Source: a bacterium
GTDB lineage: Bacteria; Eisenbacteria; RBG-16-71-46
Direction of reading: 5' to 3'
NCBI GenBank assembly: GCA_043779265.1
Contig: JAYWEM010000134.1
Coordinates: forward strand, 1 to 18,657
DNA: 18,657 nt
Positions 7,704 through 15,208 of this stretch are shown here, piece after piece. The notes below the pieces were generated by a model that made no database searches, was not told the DNA's origin, and saw only the letters and a program-made list of their open reading frames with translations. Each line of letters begins with the position of its first letter. Position 1 is the first letter of the stretch. Made by a program: the position numbers and the translations under genes.

Positions 7704-8894
7704 ATGCGCTTCGCCTGGATGTGGATTCCACTCGTCATCGCCCCAGTGTCCCAGGCGACGGCGGCGAGTGCTGCGAGCATCACGTTCGTCGTCCGTCCGC
7801 CGAGTGCGACTCCCGCCGGGGCGAGCCTGTGGATCTCGGGAGACCGATCCGAGTTGGGGAACTGGAATGGCGCAGGCCTCCCGCTGACGCGGAACGCCAT
7901 CGGGGAGCACGTCGCAAGCCTAACGCTCACCGGCGGCGAGCCGTTCGAGTTCAAGGTCACTCGCGGCAGTTGGGAGACCGTCGAGAAGGACGCACGCGGC
8001 GGTGAGATCGCGAATCGCCGCGCCACGCACTCCGGCTCGGACGACACCCTGCGGATCGACGTGGCCGCCTGGCGCGACCAGGGCGAGACCACCGCCCCTC
8101 GGACCTCGACGATCACCGGAGACGTGCGCAGGCATGCCCAGTTCGAGTCGGCTCATGTGCCGGCGCGGGATGTCTGGGTCTGGCTGCCGCCGGGCTACGA
8201 GGAGAGTCCCGAACGCCGCTACCCGGTGGTGTACTTCCACGACGGCCAGAACGTCTTGGACGGTGCGACCAGTTTCCTGCCCGGTATGGAATGGCGAGCC
8301 GATGAGGTCGCGAGCGATGCGATCCGACGTGGCGCCCTGCAACCGTTCATGATGGTGGCGGTAGCCAACAGCTCGGCGCGGATGCGCGAGTACACCTCCT
8401 CGCTCGATCGACAGCACGGGGGAGGTGGATCACCGGCCTACTTCCGCTTCCTCATCGAGGAGCTCAAGCCGTTCATCAACGGCCACTACCGCACACTCAC
8501 GATCCCGTCGGAGACGACGGTGATCGGCTCCTCACTCGGCGGGCTGGCGGCGCTGGAGCTCGGGTTGCTCCATCCGGAGCACTTCGGTCGCGTCGGCAGC
8601 ATCTCGCCGTCGGTCGGCTGGTCGGACACCGCGATCCTCCGCCGCGTGCGGGCGTCCTCGAAGCTGCCGCTCCGCATCTGGCTCGACATGGGAACGCTCG
8701 AAGGCACTCCCCGTGCCGAGGGGGCCTCCTCGTCTGTCCTGCTGGCGCGAAGACTGCGTGACGCCCTCATCGCGCGTGGATGGCGAGAAGGCGTGGATCT
8801 TCACCACGAGGAGTTCGAAGGCGCTCGGCATGACGAGTCGGCCTGGGCGGCGCGGATCGGGTCGATCTTCCAGTGGCTGCTGACTTCGCCCTGA
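7704..8894 (+). CDS. secreted alpha/beta-hydrolase (Fes/IroE-like esterase family) with N-terminal CBM20-like starch-binding domain
   Basis: Signal-peptide-like N-terminus (MRFAWMWIPLVIAPVSQATAA), CBM20-like segment (LWISGDRSELGNW...FEFKVTRGSWETVE), esterase motifs VWVWLPPGY, YPVVYFHDGQN, GSSLGG (nucleophile), HDESAWAAR. Confidence 0.85.
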   Translation: MRFAWMWIPLVIAPVSQATAASAASITFVVRPPSATPAGASLWISGDRSELGNWNGAGLPLTRNAIGEHVASLTLTGGEPFEFKVTRGSWETVEKDARGGEIANRRATHSGSDDTLRIDVAAWRDQGETTAPRTSTITGDVRRHAQFESAHVPARDVWVWLPPGYEESPERRYPVVYFHDGQNVLDGATSFLPGMEWRADEVASDAIRRGALQPFMMVAVANSSARMREYTSSLDRQHGGGGSPAYFRFLIEELKPFINGHYRTLTIPSETTVIGSSLGGLAALELGLLHPEHFGRVGSISPSVGWSDTAILRRVRASSKLPLRIWLDMGTLEGTPRAEGASSSVLLARRLRDALIARGWREGVDLHHEEFEGARHDESAWAARIGSIFQWLLTSP

Positions 8895-8913
8895 GCCAAG
8901 ATCGCGAAGCTGC

Positions 8914-9486
8914 TCAGCGGCGCGTGAGCGTGACGATCGGCAGAGTCGGCAGCTCGATCCCATCGGGAGTCAGTGGCGTCACCGTGAGGGAAGCTGCCTG
9001 CTCGAGACCCGTTGAGTCCAGATGACTCGTCGTCTCGGCGACCACCCAAGTCCTGAGGCTCACGCCATGTGGGTCGGAAACCTCGACTCGGTAGTGCGAG
9101 GCGCCTTCGATCCGTGGCCACGTCACTCGGGAATCGCTTTGGATGACGAGCTTCGGTCCGCTCGAACCACTTCGCACCAGATCGTCCGCGGGAGTCGGTA
9201 GGCGATCCCGAACCCCGAGGAGTCCGAGGATGGCGATGATGGCGGCGGCGGCGACGATCGACCGGCGGTCCCAGCCGCGCCTCGTTCGCTCGCGGATGTC
9301 TCCTGCATCGGCAATCTTCGCGCGGACCGCATCCATCGACAGCTCCGAATAGAGCGCTTCGGCGAGCGAGTCACTTTGAAGGATCTCGGTCTCGAAGGCT
9401 TCGAGTTCCTCGCTGGCCATGAGGCCCGCTCGATAGCGAGCGAGTCGCTCCTCCTGCTCCGGCAGGAGTTCCCGTGGGGCGCTCAC
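8914..9486 (-). CDS. putative single-pass anti-sigma factor
   Basis: N-terminal anti-sigma-like helices (LARYRAGLMASEELEAFETEILQSDSLAEAL) without HxxxCxxC zinc ligands, one TM (SIVAAAAIIAILGLLGV) preceded by Arg residues, then a beta-rich Fn3-like tail (VTWPRIEGASHYRVEVSD). GTG start overlaps the sigma-factor stop. Confidence 0.7.
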   Translation of the reverse strand: MSAPRELLPEQEERLARYRAGLMASEELEAFETEILQSDSLAEALYSELSMDAVRAKIADAGDIRERTRRGWDRRSIVAAAAIIAILGLLGVRDRLPTPADDLVRSGSSGPKLVIQSDSRVTWPRIEGASHYRVEVSDPHGVSLRTWVVAETTSHLDSTGLEQAASLTVTPLTPDGIELPTLPIVTLTRR

Positions 9487-10055
9487 GCGATCACCCCCAG
9501 TCGGGCGAGTCTCGCCTTCAGCATCTGACGACAGCGATAGACCCTTCGATAGAGCACCGACTGCTCGAGTCCCTCTTCCCCGGCCAACTCGGCAGGGGAC
9601 CGGCCCTCGATGAGCGCGAGCAGATATCGGCTGCAGTTCTCGCTCTCGGGCGGGAGCTCCGCAATGGCTCGACGGATGCGTTCCACGGCGTCACTGGACT
9701 CCAGCGCCTCGAGCGGCGTGGGAAGATCATCCGCGGCACCGACCGCGGTATCGAGTGGGACATGCACGCGCTGACGGACCCGCGCGCGTTGGTAGTGATT
9801 GCCGATCGTGTTGCGCAGCACGGTGAAAGACCAGGCGATCGGTGGGGCTCCCTCGACAAGTCGGGAGCCGGGCCCTTGGATGTGCTTCTCGACAACGACT
9901 CGGAGCGCGTCCTGCACGATGTCCTCCACATCCGCTTCCGGCACCCGGCGCCGAGCGACCGAGACGAACCGTCTTCGCAGGTCGAGGAGCCAACTCACAT
10001 CGACCGGGCGCTGTGCGTCCGGTCTCTCTTCGGGAGTCTCGGATGGGCGGCTCAT
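9483..10055 (-). CDS. ECF-family RNA polymerase sigma factor
   Basis: Region 2 (VEDIVQDAL...WSFTVLRNTIGNHYQR) and region 4 (IRRAIAELP...EGRSPAELA...VLYRRVYRCRQML). Likely start is ATG 10055, with an ATGA overlap on the CHAT stop and an upstream GGGAGGG; 190 aa. The ORF-track extension to 10562 overlaps the CHAT gene and is rejected. Confidence 0.9.
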   Translation of the reverse strand: MSRPSETPEERPDAQRPVDVSWLLDLRRRFVSVARRRVPEADVEDIVQDALRVVVEKHIQGPGSRLVEGAPPIAWSFTVLRNTIGNHYQRARVRQRVHVPLDTAVGAADDLPTPLEALESSDAVERIRRAIAELPPESENCSRYLLALIEGRSPAELAGEEGLEQSVLYRRVYRCRQMLKARLARLGVIA

Positions 10056-11986
10056 CTCCCGCGCCCTCCCTGGATCAGTGCGGCGACGGGCGTTCCGGCG
10101 GCGCCATGCAGGACGAACGCGTGGATGTCCCGCAACGGCAGACCGGCCGCCGTCGCCGCGAGCCTCGCGCGGCGCAGGCTCTCGTCTCGTGCGAGCCCGG
10201 ATCGAAGGCCGGAATAGAACCAGTGCATCATCCGAGCGGCCGAGCGGTCCCCGACTTCCCAGCGTGTCGTGAGGACCGATCGCGCTCCCGCCTGCAGGAA
10301 TGCCCGAGCGAATCCGAGCTGACCCTCTCCGATGAAGGCAGGCCCCCGATCGCCATGACAGGCGGAGAGCGTGACGAGGTCGGCGCGGATCCGGAGCGCG
10401 CCGATCTCGGCTGGTGTGACGAGCCCGTTCGGCCCGCTCAGCGCCAGCCCCGATCGCGAGGCGTCCCCGGGGAGGATCACACCATGGGCCGCGACGTGGA
10501 TGACCGGCTCCCTCAGGATCTCCTGACGGAAGCGAGTACCGGTGGCAGCCGAGCCCAGCCACACGCGACCGGTCGGGCCCGCTGCATGCCTCGCCTCCTC
10601 CCGGGCATGGGGGAGGCGTCGCCGCGTCGCATCAGCCCCCGGCCCCGCGGCTCGATCGCCGACAGCAGCAGACGTCTGAACATCGGGATCCCCGAACGCG
10701 ACGACGATGCCCGGGACCACGGGCCGCTCGTGCAGCGCCATCCAAGCTGCTCCGGAGGGCGAGACGTGCGTCGCGAATCGAACGACGAGTCGCCGCGCGT
10801 GCGCTCCCGGAAGTGGAATCGCCTCCCACGGCAGATCCTCCGCGAGTGCGGGAGGGATCACGACGAACCGTTCGATGCCGGCGGGGAGTCGAGCCAGCGC
10901 CGCCGGCAGGAGGCCCGTCGCCAGTCGAGCACCGATCGCATCGATGGACTGTTGCGAGCCTCGTCCACTGATCGCCGTCCGGAACGCCCGGGCCTCGCGC
11001 ATCATGTCGGCGAGGACGAAGCGATGCACACTGAGCGAGTCGGGTGTCACCAGGAACGCCATCCCCGCACTTCCCTGGACGCCCCCGAGTGCCAGCATGA
11101 CCGCCTTCTGCTGGCGCAGCTTCGCCTGCAGCTCGACGAGCGATGGCTCGGTGGCGCCGATGCTCTCGTCGAACCAACGCGCGCGCGCACGTCCCTGCAG
11201 CTCGAAGGCGCGTGGAGTCCTGCCTCGGCGGATGTGGGACTCCATCCAGTGGGTCCAGGCGCGGGCGAGATTCGCACTCGCACCCACTCGGTTCTCCTCG
11301 TGGTCGTGCCCGACCTGGAGGGCCTCGAGGCGGGGCAGTTCACGGCTCAGCAGTGAGTCCAACTCCTCGTGGCGTTCGAGGTCACTGAGACAGTTCGCGC
11401 GACGAGCCAGCACGAGCTCCGGGTAGCCCGACATCCCGGCTGCTCCCACTCGCGCGTGAACGGAGTCCAGCTGGGCGAGCGCCTCGAGTGGCCGTGCGCT
11501 CTCCAGCAGTCGATTGACCAGCGTCAGTCGCGACGAGCGTTCATGGGATCGGTCACCTCGGCCGCGGTCGAGTGCGATCGCCTCGTGCAGGACGGCGAAG
11601 CTCTCATCCACTCGACCGAGCGCTCTCAGTGCCGAGGAGCGTGCGATCAGGGCACGGCTCCATTGGAGGCCAGCGTTCTCACTGCGAGCCACGCGAAGTG
11701 CGCTGTCCGCCAGAACCAGAGCCTCAGAGGATCGACGGGCGATGACCAGCATCTGGCTGTACTGCGTGAGGACGTGCGCGAGGCCGCGGCGGTGCTTCGT
11801 TCGAGCGTAGCTCTCGACGGCCAAGCGGGCGTAGGAAGTGGCCTTCGGCCAACGTTCGAGGAGCGCATGGCTCCGGGAGAGTGTCGAGTACGCGCCGCCG
11901 AGTACTCCTCGATCCGTGGAGCGTCTGAAACGAGGCAACTGTCGATGGAGGTATTGGATCCCCGCTTCCGGATCTCGATCACTCAC
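10052..11986 (-). CDS. TPR-CHAT domain protease (caspase-like clan CD), C-terminal 644-codon segment
   Basis: Helical TPR-like repeats, then CHAT motifs FVVIPPALAEDLPWEAI, VAFGDP, LPHAREEA, IHVAAHG (His codon 10484-10486), LVTLSACHG (Cys codon 10358-10360), GFARAFLQAGARSVLTTRWEVGD, FY. Confidence 0.9.
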   Translation of the reverse strand: MSDRDPEAGIQYLHRQLPRFRRSTDRGVLGGAYSTLSRSHALLERWPKATSYARLAVESYARTKHRRGLAHVLTQYSQMLVIARRSSEALVLADSALRVARSENAGLQWSRALIARSSALRALGRVDESFAVLHEAIALDRGRGDRSHERSSRLTLVNRLLESARPLEALAQLDSVHARVGAAGMSGYPELVLARRANCLSDLERHEELDSLLSRELPRLEALQVGHDHEENRVGASANLARAWTHWMESHIRRGRTPRAFELQGRARARWFDESIGATEPSLVELQAKLRQQKAVMLALGGVQGSAGMAFLVTPDSLSVHRFVLADMMREARAFRTAISGRGSQQSIDAIGARLATGLLPAALARLPAGIERFVVIPPALAEDLPWEAIPLPGAHARRLVVRFATHVSPSGAAWMALHERPVVPGIVVAFGDPDVQTSAAVGDRAAGPGADATRRRLPHAREEARHAAGPTGRVWLGSAATGTRFRQEILREPVIHVAAHGVILPGDASRSGLALSGPNGLVTPAEIGALRIRADLVTLSACHGDRGPAFIGEGQLGFARAFLQAGARSVLTTRWEVGDRSAARMMHWFYSGLRSGLARDESLRRARLAATAAGLPLRDIHAFVLHGAAGTPVAALIQGGRGR

Positions 11987-12010
11987 GATCTCGGCGAGAT
12001 AGGAGACTGA

Positions 12011-12421
12011 TTACAACTCGTCCACGGGCGACCGCGCTCGGATCGCCAGGCGGATCGATCGCTCCAGATCGGCTTCGATCGCCGGCCGAGGGAACATGCG
12101 TGACCCGACCCCAGCGGCCTTGTAGAGCGCTTGGGCCGCAAGTGTGTCCAGCCTTGCCACCTCGAGCGAGTCGGCTACCGCCAACAACTCCGAACGGATC
12201 GTGACCGGTGCGATCTCCGAGCTGTTGCGCGCGGCCTCCCGTCTCGCGAAGACCATGGCCGCGCTCACTCGAAGCGCCTGACGGGCATGCACCGAGGTCG
12301 AAGCCTCGGCCGCGGTCCGTAGCAGGGGCACGGCAGCCGCCCCCAGAATGGCGATCATGAGGGCGGTGAGAAGGCGGGTGATGGGGGCCCGCAGCATCGG
12401 ATGAAGGGAGTCCGCTTGCAT
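12011..12421 (-). pseudogene. N-terminal segment of the TPR-CHAT gene (signal peptide/TM plus helical region), cut off by an in-frame TAA
   Basis: Same frame as 10052..11986. The junction reads GAC GAG TTG TAA TCA GTC TCC TAT CTC GCC GAG ATC GTG AGT with only one stop. Hydrophobic stretch LLTALMIAILGAAAVPLL. Start ATG 12421 or 12397. Confidence 0.7.
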
Positions 12422-12429
12422 GGTCTCGC

Positions 12430-12438
12430 AGGATAGCA
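12430..12438 (-). promoter_or_regulatory. possible extended -10 promoter for the CHAT-sigma operon
   Basis: Minus strand reads TGCTATCCT (TGn-TAnnnT), 8 nt before ATG 12421. Confidence 0.35.
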
Positions 12439-12483
12439 GCGAGGCGGCCGTTGGGGATGGAGTCACCCTGGCTCACAGATCAC

Positions 12484-12512
12484 TTGACTACTCAACTGTA
12501 TGAGCATACAGT
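12484..12512 (+). promoter_or_regulatory. sigma-70 promoter of the sulfur operon
   Basis: TTGACT (12484-12489) - 17 nt - TACAGT (12507-12512) in the divergent intergenic region. Confidence 0.8.
12495..12512. promoter_or_regulatory. perfect 8-2-8 palindromic operator overlapping the -10 (probable ArsR site)
   Basis: ACTGTATG-AG-CATACAGT. Its position over the -10 fits a repressor site, and an ArsR gene lies in the downstream operon. Confidence 0.8.
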
Positions 12513-12559
12513 CTCGCAGTTCATCGAAGTCATGGAACCCTGGGTGTCGAGGAGGACCC

Positions 12560-13348
12560 TTGTCGATCGAAGCGTGGGCTGTTCCCGTCGTGGGTCTGCT
12601 GTTGGCGGGCCTGGTCGGACTCTCGCTCGGGATGCTCGGTGCGGGCGGCTCGATCCTCACGGCGCCGATCTTCATCTACGTCCTCGGGCACTCACCGCGT
12701 GAGGCCATCGCCATGAGTCTGCCGGTCGTCGGCGTGGTCAGTCTCGTCGGCGCGCTCCGGCATCGACATGCCGGGAACGTGGCGCTCCGTACGGCGATCC
12801 AGTTCGGGGCAGTGGCCATGATCGGAGCATTCCTGGGTGCCCGACTTGCAGGCGCCCTGAGTGGCGCCCAGCAGCTCGGCATCCTCGCTTTCGTGATGTT
12901 GGTGGCGGGAGCGGCGATGTTGCGGCCGACGCCGATTCAGGAGCGTGAGGGGAGCGCCCACGCGACGCCCTCCGCGTCCTGGAAGCTGGCCGCGATCGGC
13001 CTTGGTGTCGGGATCCTCACTGGCATCGTCGGTATCGGCGGCGGGTTCCTGATCGTGCCCGCGCTCGTGAACCTCGCCGGCGTCCCCATCCGGCATGCCG
13101 TCGGGACCTCGCTCGTCGTGATCGTCATGAACGCCGCCGGCGGTTCGATCGGCTACTTGGGGCAGGTGAGCATCGGAGGGACCTATCTCGTCGCGTTCAT
13201 CGCAGTGGCCAGCCTCGCGGCGGTTGCGGGGATCCAACTCTCGCACCGCGTCCGCGCCGCCTCACTGAAGCTCGCCTTCGCCGTCTTCATCCTCGTGGTG
13301 GGGGCATGGATGCTCTATTCGAACCGCTCTGCTTTCGGACTCTCATGA
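12560..13348 (+). CDS. TauE/SafE-family sulfite exporter
   Basis: Multi-TM protein with two homologous halves (GLSLGMLGAGGSILTAP; GILTGIVGIGGGFLIVPAL; AVGTSL). TTG 12560 follows GAGGAGG. The ATG at 12500 lies inside the promoter, so it is rejected as the start. Confidence 0.92.
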   Translation: MSIEAWAVPVVGLLLAGLVGLSLGMLGAGGSILTAPIFIYVLGHSPREAIAMSLPVVGVVSLVGALRHRHAGNVALRTAIQFGAVAMIGAFLGARLAGALSGAQQLGILAFVMLVAGAAMLRPTPIQEREGSAHATPSASWKLAAIGLGVGILTGIVGIGGGFLIVPALVNLAGVPIRHAVGTSLVVIVMNAAGGSIGYLGQVSIGGTYLVAFIAVASLAAVAGIQLSHRVRAASLKLAFAVFILVVGAWMLYSNRSAFGLS

Positions 13349-13391
13349 CCCCGTTCCCGGGTGCCTGCTGCATCCCGAAGAGGAGACTCCC

Positions 13392-14843
13392 ATGATCGTC
13401 AGACGATTCTTCGATCCGAAACTCGCCCAGACGAGTTACCTGCTCGGTTGCGGCCGCAAGGGCGTCGCTGTGGTGATCGATCCCAATCGCGATGTCGAGC
13501 AGTACATCCGGGCGGCGGAGCTCGATGGTCTGGCCATCACGCACGTGACCGAAACCCACATCCACGCCGACTTCGTCTCCGGCTCGCGGGCGCTCGCGAA
13601 GCGGACCGGAGCGCAGTTGCATCTCTCGGATGAGGGTGGCCCAGACTGGAGCTATGCGTTCGCCAAGCAGGACGGAGCCTCGCTCGTGCGAGACGGCGAT
13701 CGCATCACCGTCGGGAACATCATCCTCCAGGTGGTCCATACGCCCGGGCACACACCCGAGCACATCAGCTTCCTCGTCACCGACTCGGCAGCCGCTGATG
13801 AACCCATCGCGATGGCCACGGGTGACTTCGTCTTCGTCGGAGATGTCGGCCGCCCGGACCTGCTCGAGAAGGCCGCCGGTGGGAAGGGGACGATGGAACC
13901 CGCCGCGCGCACGCTGAGTCAGTCGCTCGATCGCTTTCGCACGCTTCCCGACTGGCTCCAGATCTGGCCCGGACACGGCGCCGGTTCCGCGTGCGGCAAG
14001 GGGCTCAGTTCGGTGCCGCACAGCACGGTCGGATATGAACGGCGCTTCAATTGGGCGCTGAGTGTCACGGATGAGGCGGAATTCGTCCGCATGGTGCTCG
14101 CCGGTCAGCCGGAACCGCCTCGCTACTTCGCCGAGATGAAGCGCATCAATCGAGAGGGGCCTCCGCTCACGCTCGCGCCGCCGCCTCGGCATCTCGAGGC
14201 GAAAGAGCTGGCCGGGCTGCTCCAGCGAGGTGAAATCGTCATCGACACGCGACCTGCCGCCGTCTTCGCGACGAGGCATGTTCCGGGAACGCTCAACATC
14301 CCGCTCAACAAGTCGTTCTCCACCTGGGTCGGCTCGTTGGTTCCCTACGATCGCGATCTGCATCTGATCGTGGATGAGACCGCCGGCGCGAGCGCCGCAT
14401 CCGCCTCTCTCGACCTGGCCATGATCGGACTCGATCGAGTCGCCGGGTGGTTCGGCGTCGATGCGCTCGCGGTCGCCTCCGAGTCGGCGGGCCAATCGAC
14501 CATTCCCCAGATGGCGTGCTCCGCGCTCGTCGGCAGCCTGGGTCGTCGCGAGGTCACTTTGCTTGATGTGCGCGGTGCAGCCGAGTGGGAGGCAGGTCAC
14601 ATCGAAGGCTCGATGAACATCGCGCTTGGCGATCTTCCGCGCCGGATCGCCGAGGTGCCGCGTGATCGACCACTCATCGTGCAGTGCCAGAGCGGCGGAC
14701 GCTCGTCGATCGCAGCCAGCGTCCTCAGGCAACTCGGCATCGAGGATGTGACGAATCTGGTGGGCGGCATCGTCGCGTGGCATGAGGAGAAGCGAGAGGT
14801 CATCGTCCAGGCCGGGCAGGAGAGCGCCGCATGGGGAAGCTGA
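13392..14843 (+). CDS. CstB-like persulfide dioxygenase (MBL fold) fused to pseudo-rhodanese and rhodanese domains
   Basis: ETHIHADF, HTPGHTPEH, GDFVFVGDVGRPD, PGHGAGSACGK; middle rhodanese fold (IDTR...HVPGTLNIP) lacks a loop Cys; C-terminal rhodanese has CQSGGRS. RBS GAGGAG. Confidence 0.92.
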   Translation: MIVRRFFDPKLAQTSYLLGCGRKGVAVVIDPNRDVEQYIRAAELDGLAITHVTETHIHADFVSGSRALAKRTGAQLHLSDEGGPDWSYAFAKQDGASLVRDGDRITVGNIILQVVHTPGHTPEHISFLVTDSAAADEPIAMATGDFVFVGDVGRPDLLEKAAGGKGTMEPAARTLSQSLDRFRTLPDWLQIWPGHGAGSACGKGLSSVPHSTVGYERRFNWALSVTDEAEFVRMVLAGQPEPPRYFAEMKRINREGPPLTLAPPPRHLEAKELAGLLQRGEIVIDTRPAAVFATRHVPGTLNIPLNKSFSTWVGSLVPYDRDLHLIVDETAGASAASASLDLAMIGLDRVAGWFGVDALAVASESAGQSTIPQMACSALVGSLGRREVTLLDVRGAAEWEAGHIEGSMNIALGDLPRRIAEVPRDRPLIVQCQSGGRSSIAASVLRQLGIEDVTNLVGGIVAWHEEKREVIVQAGQESAAWGS

Positions 14844-15160
14844 CGCTCACGCCCGAGGTACTCGATCTCATCGCGGAGCGGTTCCAGGCACTCGCCGAAC
14901 CGGCACGCCTCCAGATCCTCGACTCGCTTCGTTCGGGTGAGAAGACGGTCGGCGAGTTGGTCGTCGCGACCGGCCTGACCCAGGCCAACGCCTCCAAGCA
15001 TCTGCAAGTGCTCCACGCCCGCGCATTCGTGAAGCGCCGCAAGGTGGGGCTGCACGTGTACTACTCACTCGCCGACCGGCAGGTGTTCCGTCTCTGCGAC
15101 CTCATGTGCGGCCGACTGGAAGCGGAGCTCAAGTCGCGCGACCGTCTGCTCTCTGTCTGA
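14831..15160 (+). CDS. ArsR/SmtB-family transcriptional repressor
   Basis: FQALAEPARLQILDSL..GEKTVGELV..TGLTQANASKHLQVL...VKRRKVGLHVYYSL winged HTH, with C-terminal CDLMC. Overlaps the upstream gene by 13 nt. Confidence 0.93.
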   Translation: MGKLTLTPEVLDLIAERFQALAEPARLQILDSLRSGEKTVGELVVATGLTQANASKHLQVLHARAFVKRRKVGLHVYYSLADRQVFRLCDLMCGRLEAELKSRDRLLSV

Positions 15161-15208
15161 GCCGCAACGGCGTCATCACCCCCATCCGAGTCCCGAAATG
15201 GAGTCCCC

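Noticed and set aside
10056..10562. Long N-terminal extension of the ECF sigma factor in the ORF track
   Set aside because: Overlaps the CHAT catalytic domain in another frame and is low-complexity. ATG 10055 has an RBS and an ATGA coupling.
9842..11356. 504-aa plus-strand ORF
   Set aside because: Antisense shadow of the CHAT and sigma genes; Arg/Pro-rich with no recognisable motif, as expected in high-GC DNA.
12011..12013. Programmed recoding (selenocysteine or pyrrolysine) at the CHAT internal stop
   Set aside because: The codon is TAA, not TGA or TAG, and it is far from the catalytic site.
10052..12421. CRISPR type III-E (Craspase) or other defence locus
   Set aside because: No cas genes, repeats or spacers in the window, and the protease has an export-like N-terminus.
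12500..12559. ATG 12500 as TauE start
   Set aside because: Lies inside the promoter/operator. TTG 12560 has a strong GAGGAGG RBS.
13287..14783. 498-aa minus-strand ORF
   Set aside because: Antisense shadow of the persulfide dioxygenase gene; no motifs.
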